A stretch of DNA of 47,185 bases from the IMG/VR virus record IMGVR_UViG_3300014208_001434, positions 1 to 47,185 of that record; one strand, 5' to 3'. The stretch comes from a virus (taxonomy: Duplodnaviria > Caudoviricetes). Of this stretch, positions 1 through 9,092 are shown one piece after another. Positions within the stretch are counted from its first letter, which is position 1; the number at the start of each line of letters is the position of its first letter. The notes under the pieces are model-generated. The model ran no database searches and had not been told where the DNA came from. It was given only the letters and a program-made list of their open reading frames with translations. The position numbers and the translations under genes were made by a program.

Positions 1-1125
1 ATGGAAAAATTTAAAAATGCTATCTTCAAAGAAAAGCCAACACTTGATGAGCGTTGGTATGTAGAGTATTCATATATACATCCTGAAACCGGAAAGTTTA
101 AAGTATTCCGGGAATTCATTTCAAACAAAATTCCAACCAAAGAGGGCCGTCGCCGAAAGGGGTATGAAATTGCCAGAGCTTTTAATATAAAGCTAAAGCA
201 AGGTTGGAATCCTTTTCAAGTTCAAGAAAAACGGTTTACATCTATTACTCAGGCAATGGATTATGTGTACGAAATAAAAAAAAGTACTACAGAAAAACGT
301 ACCCATCATACTTACAATAACATGATAAGTACTTTTAAAAAGTATCTTGAAAAAAAGAAACTTGATAAACTATCGTGCGATGAATTCAATTATCACCACG
401 CTATTGATTATATCGATTACCTGAAACTTCAAAAAAAGTTTACAAACCGCACTTACAATAACCATCTTTCAAGCATGAGAACGTTTTTCACCTTTTTGCA
501 AAAGCGTGATTTTATTGTTTTCAATCCATTCCTAAAAATTGATATGCTTGAAGAGTCGGAACCAGAGCTGCTTACTTATACAAATATCGAAATGCAGTTA
601 ATTAAAACAAGGCTTCCAGAAATAGATCCTCAATTATTTACTTGCACGCAACTAGTTTATTATGCAGCCTTAAGACCTGCCGAAATTGTTAGGTTACGGA
701 TTTATTATATTGATTTTCAAAAGAGGTTGATAAGGATACCTGGAACATCAACAAAAAATAAAAAAATGCAACCCATTAAAATGCCCGAACAATTATTTAA
801 TTATTTGCTTGGGTTGAACTTAGATAGGTATCCGGAGAATTATTATTTATTATCGAAAAACTTTTTACCCGGTGAAACAAAAATAGCACCCACACGGATA
901 GCTGAAAGGTGGCGGCACTTTGCAAATGAAATAGGTTTTGATAAACGTAAAACTATTTACTTGCTAAAACATACTGCTGCAGGAAAAGCAATTGAAAGCG
1001 GAATAAATGCCCGTGAAATGCAGCTGCATTTAAGGCATCACAGTTTGGATATGACTCAGAGATATCTTGAAAAATTCAACAATATTGGAGGTGAAAAAAT
1101 ACAGATGCACTTCCCGAATTTTTAA
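1..1125 (+). CDS. int: Tyrosine recombinase/phage integrase
   Basis: ALRPAE (catalytic R), STKNK, YLLKHT, LRHHSLDMTQRY (H...Y) motifs; SAM-like core-binding region (RTYNNHLSSMRTFF). Confidence 0.93.
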   Translation: MEKFKNAIFKEKPTLDERWYVEYSYIHPETGKFKVFREFISNKIPTKEGRRRKGYEIARAFNIKLKQGWNPFQVQEKRFTSITQAMDYVYEIKKSTTEKRTHHTYNNMISTFKKYLEKKKLDKLSCDEFNYHHAIDYIDYLKLQKKFTNRTYNNHLSSMRTFFTFLQKRDFIVFNPFLKIDMLEESEPELLTYTNIEMQLIKTRLPEIDPQLFTCTQLVYYAALRPAEIVRLRIYYIDFQKRLIRIPGTSTKNKKMQPIKMPEQLFNYLLGLNLDRYPENYYLLSKNFLPGETKIAPTRIAERWRHFANEIGFDKRKTIYLLKHTAAGKAIESGINAREMQLHLRHHSLDMTQRYLEKFNNIGGEKIQMHFPNF

Positions 1126-2681
1126 ACAGCCCGGAGTTTCGACTTATCATAGGTAATTTTTTCAGCCTCAAAGCTATAATTCATCTCTTCAATGAAAAAT
1201 AACGTGCTCTTTATTTTATATATGGCTGTAAAATCAAAATTTGAAAGCATGGCTGGCGGAATGCGCAAGGTGCATTCATAGGGTTGAAACGAAGTAACCA
1301 TCATATTGGCAGTATTCTTCCAGCAGTAATTAAATATTGAATTTGGGTTTAAATATATTTGACCATCACCACCAGAATTGTTCCATAGCCCGGCAACTCC
1401 ATTTGCATTGTGGGCAAAACCAAGCATGAACGGAACTTTACCTTTCTCTTCAGAATAATAATTTGTTCCAATCATTTCAACCTTTGAGGTTGCTTCAACA
1501 CCTGATATTGAAGTAACTGCAGCAATGTCCGATTTTATTTCTAGCACTGAATCACCGGAACCCAGCGTTATTTCCTGAAAATTGCGGGTATATTTCTTCC
1601 AGGTAATTAAACCTGTATCTTGGTCCATGGTGTACACATAATATACATTCTCATCAATTACCAAACGGAGCTCACCCGGATGGTAAGTAAACGGCAAATC
1701 ATCAAAGGTTGCAACTGATGGCATTAAGTAATATTGGTCCTGTTCCGAAATGTATTTATGCGGTGTTTGCAATTCATCGCTGGTTTCAACTCCCAGTTTA
1801 AAAACAACTTTGGTGTTCAATGTATCTCCAATTTTTTCCAAATCATCGGCCATGTACTTAGTAATATCAACTATGTTAGGCCTAGTAATTCTTTCCTCAA
1901 GGCTTATTATTAACACCTCCTTAGTGCTTTCATTAATTATGGGATGCACATTCAATAAATCGCTTATTTTATTAATAAACTCACCAATGGCAATATCGGG
2001 CAAACAACTATTCAATCTCACTTTTTGGCCATTTGAATCGGTTACATAATGTGAAACTGTATTGGTATAAAAAACCAGTTTTTTAAAATGAATGTCGTTC
2101 CGTAAATGATTTGTTTTTATGGAATATCCCTGTTCAACAAAAATTTGTTCGTATAAATAGCATAAATAAACAAATGGGGTAAAGTTCTTAGTAACGCTGT
2201 ATGGAGTGCTATTTTGGCCTATTACTGTTTCCTCATAAAAACTGCCTTGCATAAATTTTGAGTTTTCCACGGCCGGAAATACAAAATTCACATTATCGGA
2301 AGTATCAAAATTTGGACGATCCCAAATTGACAGAATACCTCCTAAAGTTAACGTACGGATGCTTCTATCCTTGTTTTTGCCATAAAATTCCGATTCATCG
2401 AAATTAAGATTACAGGCATACAGCTCTTTATTTAGTGACTGATATTGCAGTTTTGCCGATTTTTTAAAACTACGGAAGCATAAATCAACATCCACTTCGT
2501 TTAACCGTTTTTTACCCGATGCGTGGGGAACCGATAAATATTTGCTGTTGATGGCCTGCAACCCAAAATTAATGGTATTGCTGCCACGGTCGCGCACCAA
2601 CATGGAATTAACTGTTGAAACCGATATTTTAATGTTACCTGGAATTACCAGTGAATCGGTATTTGTTTTAAGGGTTAGCAT
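1122..2681 (-). CDS. Putative distal tail/baseplate structural protein
   Basis: 519-aa ORF, last gene of the tail block; position only. Confidence 0.5.
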   Translation of the reverse strand: MLTLKTNTDSLVIPGNIKISVSTVNSMLVRDRGSNTINFGLQAINSKYLSVPHASGKKRLNEVDVDLCFRSFKKSAKLQYQSLNKELYACNLNFDESEFYGKNKDRSIRTLTLGGILSIWDRPNFDTSDNVNFVFPAVENSKFMQGSFYEETVIGQNSTPYSVTKNFTPFVYLCYLYEQIFVEQGYSIKTNHLRNDIHFKKLVFYTNTVSHYVTDSNGQKVRLNSCLPDIAIGEFINKISDLLNVHPIINESTKEVLIISLEERITRPNIVDITKYMADDLEKIGDTLNTKVVFKLGVETSDELQTPHKYISEQDQYYLMPSVATFDDLPFTYHPGELRLVIDENVYYVYTMDQDTGLITWKKYTRNFQEITLGSGDSVLEIKSDIAAVTSISGVEATSKVEMIGTNYYSEEKGKVPFMLGFAHNANGVAGLWNNSGGDGQIYLNPNSIFNYCWKNTANMMVTSFQPYECTLRIPPAMLSNFDFTAIYKIKSTLFFIEEMNYSFEAEKITYDKSKLRAV

Positions 2682-4939
2682 TATTCAAGTCCTCCATCGG
2701 TAAACGTCCAATTATCGGCTGCTATTATTGCGTTTTTTGCGGTTTGTCCAGTTTCTGTATATTTTGAAGTTCCAAAATGTACACTTAAATTATTAACTAA
2801 TTCTTGAGCATCCCAAGCAACTAAAATGGCATCATAGTTAGCCGAACTTAAATTTACTTTATACATGAAACTCGTTAGATTATTAACTTTTGCCAAATTA
2901 AAATTTTTAGGTGAATCATTATTAAAAGCAAAACATCCATAAAACATTTGAGACATACTAATAACAGTCACACTCGCATCTGCACCTAAATTATTAAGAA
3001 TAATTGGACTATTTAAAGTAGAACATTGCGAGAACATATCTTGTAAACTACTGCACTTTGGTAAAGAAAACGTCATTGGAATGTTTAGAATATCGCAACT
3101 TTGAAACATACCTAAAGTTCTTGTTACCAAACTCATATTCCAGCCGCTAACATCTTGGTTAAATGCGTTACAGTTGTAAAACGTTTGGTATAAATCAGTA
3201 TTTTTCGCAGTACTCCAACCACTTATATCTTGATTGAATGCCCTGCAATCACGAAACATAGCAGCCATGTTTGTTGCATTTGACACATTCCACGAGTTCA
3301 TTGGTTGATTATACGCCCAGCAATTATCGAATGTACCTGAAAAGATAGTTACTAATGACACATTCCAAGAATTTAAATTTTGATTAAAAGCATAACAGGT
3401 ACCGAATGTGTAGTACATATTTGTCAAAGCGGTAGTAACCCAACCACTTATGTCTGAATTGAAAGCATAGCAATAATAAAACATTGACTCCATTGTTGTT
3501 ACCTTGGCTACATTCCAACCGCTTATATCCTGATTAAAAACATAACAATTAAAAAACATTGAATTAGTTGTGGTGACATTAGCTGTATTAAATGTAGCAA
3601 GCGGTTGATTAAATGCTCTTGCATCCATAAACATATAAGACATATTAGTCACAAGAGAAGTATTAAAATTACTTACTGACTGGTTGAATGTTGTACAAAG
3701 CCTAAACATATTCATCATATTCGTAGCCTTAACCGTACTCAATCCACTAATACTTGAATTGAACGCTGGACAATTTTGGAACATTTGTGAGAAATCAGTA
3801 ACATTGCTGGTGTTCCATGTATTTAATTCCTGATTAAATATTGTACAATTTGCAAATAAACCTGACATATTTGTCACCTTGGAAGTATCCCAAGAAGGCA
3901 TCGATTGATTAAAGTGTGTACAGGATATAAATGTTCGGTACATATTCGTAACATTTCCTACACTCCATGAATTTAAGTTCTGTGAAAATGCTGTACAATT
4001 AGCAAAAGTTGTGTTCAATGTTGATACATTTGAAACATTCCAGCCACTTATATTTTGATTAAAAACAGTACAACCAGAAAAAGTAGCGGTAAGATTTGTA
4101 ATGTATTGGGTGTTCCAACCACTTATGTCTTGGTTAAAAACATTGCAATTCGTAAGTAAACCTTCAAGTGAAGTTAATGTAGCTGGAAGCGTCCAATTAA
4201 TAGCGGAATTAAATAAAATACAATTATAAAACATGTTTGTAACTGTAGTGACTTTACCAATATTAAAATTAATAGGGTGATTGAATTTTTCACAATACAT
4301 AAACATATTAGTCAATGCCGTTGCATTGGCTGTATTCCAATTTCCTACATTTTGAGTAAAATTACGACAGGCATAGAACATACCATTAAAAATCACACCA
4401 GAACTCACATTCCATCCACTTACATCTTGGTTAAATAAATTAAGTCCACTAAATGCAGATTCAAAATTTACTACATTAGAAACATCCCAACTACCTATGT
4501 TTCCCCAATTAGTTATCCCGCTGCATCCTTGAAACGCATAACTCAACGATACACAGTCTTTTAATCCAATGTTACCATCATCAGGAACCGTTGTTAAGTT
4601 TGTACAAGCTGGGCACGATAGCAGTAACAAACCTACTGATCCAAATTTCTTAATTTTTGTAAGGTATAATCTATTGGCAAGAGAAGAACTAAAAATCAAT
4701 CCCGGGAATATACCTTTAATTTTTACCTCATACGTACCAGCTACTGTATAGGTATGGTATAAATCAGGATCGTTATTTGATGTAAGAATACTCGTAGTAC
4801 CATCCCCCCAATCAGCTTCAGCATTAACAGCTTCATAACCTCCTATTTGTAATTGAATGGTTTGGCCAGCGGAACTAGTTACAAATTCTAATATCATTGG
4901 GTTAGAACCGCCAAACCTATGTGAGTTAATTACGTGCAT
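2681..4939 (-). CDS. PKD-domain plus DUF285/BspA-like (about 25-aa repeat) protein, possible receptor-binding or adhesin
   Basis: N-terminal DWGDG...HTYTVAGTYEV (PKD) then more than 20 repeats like FNQDISGWNVSNVTNMxxMFxxCxx; no signal peptide. Confidence 0.85.
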   Translation of the reverse strand: MHVINSHRFGGSNPMILEFVTSSAGQTIQLQIGGYEAVNAEADWGDGTTSILTSNNDPDLYHTYTVAGTYEVKIKGIFPGLIFSSSLANRLYLTKIKKFGSVGLLLLSCPACTNLTTVPDDGNIGLKDCVSLSYAFQGCSGITNWGNIGSWDVSNVVNFESAFSGLNLFNQDVSGWNVSSGVIFNGMFYACRNFTQNVGNWNTANATALTNMFMYCEKFNHPINFNIGKVTTVTNMFYNCILFNSAINWTLPATLTSLEGLLTNCNVFNQDISGWNTQYITNLTATFSGCTVFNQNISGWNVSNVSTLNTTFANCTAFSQNLNSWSVGNVTNMYRTFISCTHFNQSMPSWDTSKVTNMSGLFANCTIFNQELNTWNTSNVTDFSQMFQNCPAFNSSISGLSTVKATNMMNMFRLCTTFNQSVSNFNTSLVTNMSYMFMDARAFNQPLATFNTANVTTTNSMFFNCYVFNQDISGWNVAKVTTMESMFYYCYAFNSDISGWVTTALTNMYYTFGTCYAFNQNLNSWNVSLVTIFSGTFDNCWAYNQPMNSWNVSNATNMAAMFRDCRAFNQDISGWSTAKNTDLYQTFYNCNAFNQDVSGWNMSLVTRTLGMFQSCDILNIPMTFSLPKCSSLQDMFSQCSTLNSPIILNNLGADASVTVISMSQMFYGCFAFNNDSPKNFNLAKVNNLTSFMYKVNLSSANYDAILVAWDAQELVNNLSVHFGTSKYTETGQTAKNAIIAADNWTFTDGGLE
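3100..4530 (-). repeat. Degenerate ~75-nt coding tandem repeats within the DUF285 gene
   Basis: Recurrent cattcca(a/g)cc(a/g)ctta...tg(a/g)ttaaa units, e.g. near 3511, 4037, 4112, 4408. Confidence 0.8.
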
Positions 4940-4942
4940 GAC

Positions 4943-5407
4943 TTATAACCAATTAAAATTAAAATCTGGGAAAATGTTGGAATTTATGTAGGCATCCTCT
5001 CTCAATTGCCTTTCTTCCCTTAAGGATGTTTCTTGTGCTTGCCTTAATGTTCCTTCGTTGGTTGGTTGCGAAAAGTCTTTAACACGCTTCCAAATTGGAT
5101 AAGCCGTATCAATAAAATTGCCAAAAGAATTGTTAAAATTTACCAATACTTCAGCCTGGGGTTTTTCGGTTAACAGCCATTCAATAAGGCAAACTTTTAA
5201 AAACTCGCCTTGGTTAGTTGTCAAGGTCCAAATTTCGCTAATGGTATGTTTATTTGGATCGTAATCACCAGGATATGGCATTGTTTGAATTTCGTAAAAT
5301 TCAATGGATGCATCTAATCCAACTATGGGTTCTTTATCCTCCCTTGGATAGGTTGTTTTCAACATTTCTGTTGATTGTTCTTTTTGGATAACTCTAATTA
5401 CTTGCAT
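4943..5407 (-). CDS. Hypothetical protein (possible tail-fibre chaperone)
   Basis: 154-aa ORF tightly packed between tail genes. Confidence 0.55.
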   Translation of the reverse strand: MQVIRVIQKEQSTEMLKTTYPREDKEPIVGLDASIEFYEIQTMPYPGDYDPNKHTISEIWTLTTNQGEFLKVCLIEWLLTEKPQAEVLVNFNNSFGNFIDTAYPIWKRVKDFSQPTNEGTLRQAQETSLREERQLREDAYINSNIFPDFNFNWL

Positions 5408-5408
5408 T

Positions 5409-6140
5409 TTATTTACGATCTAAAATTAGATAACCTTTTAAAGCTTTACCTGCATTTGTTGCTCCAATTTGGTCAACGTGCCCGGTAACTTCGTCGCCTT
5501 TTGCAAATGTTATGGTGCCATTCAAAACAAAAGGGGTTGCAGCAGTTAACGATGTTTTTTCTGTTGCGTCAATACTTGGTTTTGTGGTAAAAAATGAGAT
5601 GCCATTTTTCTTTAAATCGGCAATTAAACTTGAACCTGTTGGAGCTTCGGCCACTGCAATGAATAAATCAATTAGTTTTGATGGGTGTGTCATGTTAAAC
5701 GCATCCTTAACGCCTGTTGTTAAAGCGGTGGCATAATCGCTTAATGCAAATGAAAACACATCGAAGTTCGATTTAACCCATATTGCAGCATCTGTTGTGG
5801 CATCCACACAATCATAAATATTATCATTGGTAACATCTATCCAACGGCTGCCAACCACATAGCCCTCTGTGTTATCATTAGTAGCTGCTGGTGCGGTGGT
5901 GGCTACGTAGTTATTTTGAATGGCGGTTGTACTTGGCAACTGCTCTGTTGGAACTTTCCCATCCTCCCCCAATGTTGCCAAGCCACCGGCAACAGCTTTT
6001 GAATTGAACAGTTCTTCGGCTTTGGTTAATACCTTTTTTAATCCTTCATTGGCGTGGGGACCGGTGATAAACTTGCGGCCATTGCTCTTAAAAATGGAAT
6101 CAATCCAGGTACGTATCTGTGTATAGGTTTCGCTTGCCAT
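5409..6140 (-). CDS. Putative tail fibre/tail-associated protein
   Basis: Thr/Ala-rich; GGLATLGEDGKVPTEQLP and APAATND..EGYVVGSRW segments resemble phage fibre modules. Confidence 0.6.
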   Translation of the reverse strand: MASETYTQIRTWIDSIFKSNGRKFITGPHANEGLKKVLTKAEELFNSKAVAGGLATLGEDGKVPTEQLPSTTAIQNNYVATTAPAATNDNTEGYVVGSRWIDVTNDNIYDCVDATTDAAIWVKSNFDVFSFALSDYATALTTGVKDAFNMTHPSKLIDLFIAVAEAPTGSSLIADLKKNGISFFTTKPSIDATEKTSLTAATPFVLNGTITFAKGDEVTGHVDQIGATNAGKALKGYLILDRK

Positions 6141-6142
6141 GG

Positions 6143-7747
6143 TTAGTTAAAATAATCTTCGTTAAAATCATCGCTGTAATCGCCGCTAATTGGTATATCA
6201 TCATCGGAGCAAGCTTCATCAACAAAAGCACGCCTGTAAACCGATGAATGGGTATATATGCTGGTATTGTCGTTATGCAGCATATAGTCGTCGGTAATAA
6301 AGCTGCATGGCACGGTAATGCCATTTATGTACTCAAAAATATCGTCCGATAGTTCAATCTGCTGAATGTAGTTTTTCCAGTTGCGCGAATTGCCACCAAA
6401 ATTTATCATTAAACCCCAGTTTAAATTGAATTCAAGGGTACGGGTAGCCGATACCTGAATTTCCTTTCGGGTTTTGGTGGTATAATCGTCGGGTAAGGCA
6501 ACAGTGCCAAATTCCTTTTCAATTTTTGCGGGGTTGGTAACTATACCCGTTGACCGCAAACAGTCGTAACCACCGCCATAATCGGAACGGAATATAAAAA
6601 ACCTTAAATAGTCGTAGGTTTCATAATCTAAAATGTAGGTACGTTCCTGGCTAATATCAACATTGCTTTGGTTGCGCAAAACAACGGTGTAATTAGCCAC
6701 GGTTTTTGAAATGTTTATCTCAAAAATATTAAGCCTTAATGGGGAAACAATTGCTTGTAACACCTTGCCATAGATTGCACCAATGGTTCCTCGGTCAGCT
6801 TCGTAGCTGCTGCCATCGGTAAAATTAACTTTTAAGTGAAGTTTAACGGTGCTTATAGTAGCATCGAATACCAGAAATGAAAGCAATTCTGGTGCTAATG
6901 GCGTTATTTTTTTAAAGTTGGGCTGCAACGTAAGGAACGACTTATGTACCGATAATTCGTTATAAAAACTACCAGCCTCCTCGTTCCAGATAGCCTTTTT
7001 CATATAGCTGCTTTGGCCGTAAATGGCATAATAAGTGCTGCTAAAAAGCGTATTGTGTTCTACTGCAGGAATTCCATACCTATCGAATAATAAATAAAAA
7101 TATGGTTTGCAAGTTTCGTTGAAGCTGAGAATGTTGGCCTCCAAATCAAAGTCGGGTTGTGGCAGTATCTCAATAAATTCAGAAATATCGAATATTACAC
7201 GGCCCTCCAAATCAGGGAATTCTACCAATTCACCCAGTAGTTCGGAACTGCCATTATAAATGCGGATTCCTAACCGATAATTTTCATTATAATGGGGTTC
7301 TACGCCTAAAGTAAAATCAATTTGCTCAAATGTAAATGAAGGTGAACCAACCATTTGATGATCGTTCATTTTAATTGATTGCATGCGGATGAACCCATTT
7401 GGATAGGTTGAATTGGTAACAACGCTAAATGTAAAATATGCCACCGCGTTGGGAAATCCGTTCATTCGGTCAACCGCATGATTAAGAAACTCGTTGTCAC
7501 TGGAAAAATTAGATCGTTTTAAAATATCGTTAAGGTTAACCAGGTGATCAACAAAATTGAAGTGTAGGGAATAGGCTCCACTTATTGTAATATCAAAATA
7601 ATGGACATCGGCATCATCGCCATAAATTAAAAAATCGAGAATGGTTTTTGAACCTGCATCCAAATGCGAAGTGGTAATGGCTTCCACTATTACGGGGTCG
7701 CCAACCAACGATAACAGCTTAGGAACTCTATATTCTGAAATAGCCAT
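6143..7747 (-). CDS. Putative structural (tail) protein
   Basis: 534-aa ORF in tail block; acidic C-terminus GDYSDDFNEDY. Confidence 0.5.
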   Translation of the reverse strand: MAISEYRVPKLLSLVGDPVIVEAITTSHLDAGSKTILDFLIYGDDADVHYFDITISGAYSLHFNFVDHLVNLNDILKRSNFSSDNEFLNHAVDRMNGFPNAVAYFTFSVVTNSTYPNGFIRMQSIKMNDHQMVGSPSFTFEQIDFTLGVEPHYNENYRLGIRIYNGSSELLGELVEFPDLEGRVIFDISEFIEILPQPDFDLEANILSFNETCKPYFYLLFDRYGIPAVEHNTLFSSTYYAIYGQSSYMKKAIWNEEAGSFYNELSVHKSFLTLQPNFKKITPLAPELLSFLVFDATISTVKLHLKVNFTDGSSYEADRGTIGAIYGKVLQAIVSPLRLNIFEINISKTVANYTVVLRNQSNVDISQERTYILDYETYDYLRFFIFRSDYGGGYDCLRSTGIVTNPAKIEKEFGTVALPDDYTTKTRKEIQVSATRTLEFNLNWGLMINFGGNSRNWKNYIQQIELSDDIFEYINGITVPCSFITDDYMLHNDNTSIYTHSSVYRRAFVDEACSDDDIPISGDYSDDFNEDYFN

Positions 7748-8307
7748 TATGCTTTATTTGTTTTGAATTTTGCCATAGCTCTATCACCAAACCACCAACC
7801 CACCACCGAAAAAGTAAGGTAAATTATAGATGCTATCAAGTCAAATACCTGATCAGGAGTAAGAAAAGTGTGATTTTGCATTACAATTATTACCGATTGC
7901 TGTGTAATGTAAGCCGTTATAACCATTAGTGTAATTGTAATGCCCGGGCGCATGCCTGAGCGAAGTACATCAACCAATCCCAACAAAAAGGTTAGCAAAA
8001 CGCCAAAAATAGTTGTCCACCAACGTTCAAAAAGCTTTTCAATAAGTTGATTGCTTACATTCACCTTATTGCCAAACTCCTGTGACATTCTGAAATTATC
8101 GTTTGCCGAAAGTTCTAAATCGCGCTGAACTTGTTGTTCTGTAATTTTTATATTGGCTTCGGTTTCGGCAATCATGGCATTGGTTTCAGCTTGAACCATA
8201 GCCAAATCGTGTTCGTTTTTTAGTTTTTGGGTTTTCAAATTCATTATGCCGGTTGCTATTGAACCGCCCAATCCGGTTACAATGCCTAAAATGCTTTCTA
8301 AAATCAT
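7747..8307 (-). CDS. Holin-like membrane protein (3TM holin type)
   Basis: Several hydrophobic helices, coiled coil, MRPGIT and C-terminal WWFGDR motif; adjacent to lysin. Confidence 0.65.
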   Translation of the reverse strand: MILESILGIVTGLGGSIATGIMNLKTQKLKNEHDLAMVQAETNAMIAETEANIKITEQQVQRDLELSANDNFRMSQEFGNKVNVSNQLIEKLFERWWTTIFGVLLTFLLGLVDVLRSGMRPGITITLMVITAYITQQSVIIVMQNHTFLTPDQVFDLIASIIYLTFSVVGWWFGDRAMAKFKTNKA

Positions 8308-8744
8308 GATGGTTGTTTTTTATAGGTTTCTGTAATAATTAGCTTGAATTCGTTATTTTCCAGCAGGCTCATAAACTTGCGAACCGTAATACGTGAGTTA
8401 AGCACTGCCTTTTGTTTGCCTATCAGGCCTCTTTGTTTGCCTAATAAAAGGCACCCTTTTGAATGTGTTAAAAAGCCCTTTGAAACATCGCCGGCATAGT
8501 TACCCGGATGTATTAAAATATAGGAACGACCATGTACATCGGTAACATGAAATATTAAGCCGTATTTTTGGCTGTAACGTATTTTAACCCAATAGGTACC
8601 AGCCGGAATACAGCTGATTGAATTCTGATTTTGTCGCCATGGCAATTCCAAACAAAATGATGAAAAACCCAATTCGGGAACATTCCATGTTGAAAAGGTT
8701 CCATGATCGGTTGATTCGTATCGGTTTGAAAAAACGCTTAGCAT
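8304..8744 (-). CDS. DUF5675-type putative endolysin (L,D-transpeptidase-like His/Cys)
   Basis: LELPW..N...SCIPAGTY, ILIHPGN, SKGCLLLG motifs; sits between two membrane genes. Confidence 0.75.
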   Translation of the reverse strand: MLSVFSNRYESTDHGTFSTWNVPELGFSSFCLELPWRQNQNSISCIPAGTYWVKIRYSQKYGLIFHVTDVHGRSYILIHPGNYAGDVSKGFLTHSKGCLLLGKQRGLIGKQKAVLNSRITVRKFMSLLENNEFKLIITETYKKQPS

Positions 8745-9037
8745 TATTCGTCCTTTTTGAGTGATTTAAGAAAAGCCTTATTTTTTTCGGGTTCAGCGCC
8801 TGCCATGGCTTCTTTCTTTAGCTTGGTGGTTAAGTACTGATCATATATTTTCATTATTATCCATAGTATGGATAAAACTGAAATTACAATGGTTAGTAAA
8901 CTGCTGAATATTGGGCTGAACAGAAAGCCGCTGAAGGTTGCGCCAAGGAAACCTATTTTAATATTCAAGTAGGTAGCAATGCCTGTAAATGTTAGTCCAA
9001 TACTGTCGGTAAGAGGTTTTAATGATTCTGGTATCAT
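8744..9037 (-). CDS. Small membrane protein, putative holin/antiholin
   Basis: Two hydrophobic stretches and a basic C-tail; ATG at 9037 preferred because the longer start overlaps the promoter motif and the tape measure gene. Confidence 0.6.
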   Translation of the reverse strand: MIPESLKPLTDSIGLTFTGIATYLNIKIGFLGATFSGFLFSPIFSSLLTIVISVLSILWIIMKIYDQYLTTKLKKEAMAGAEPEKNKAFLKSLKKDE

Positions 9038-9054
9038 TCCGTGTTTTTTTATTT

Positions 9055-9089
9055 CAAAAATGGGTTTCATATTTTTGTAATTAAAGGAC
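9055..9089 (-). promoter_or_regulatory. Candidate late promoter, copy 1 (lysis/distal tail block)
   Basis: GTCCTTT-N20-CATTTTTG on minus strand. Confidence 0.65.
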
Positions 9090-9092
9090 AGT

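Noticed and set aside
3100-4530. CRISPR array or TR/VR-like relationship among the 75-nt repeats
   Set aside because: Repeats are degenerate, in frame and vary at all bases; no cas genes.
1122-7747. Second VR in a tail or DUF285 gene
   Set aside because: I found no copy of the TR invariant block (gaacacgaagcccgaagaggac) there by eye; a sensitive alignment should confirm, and remote targets outside the window remain possible.
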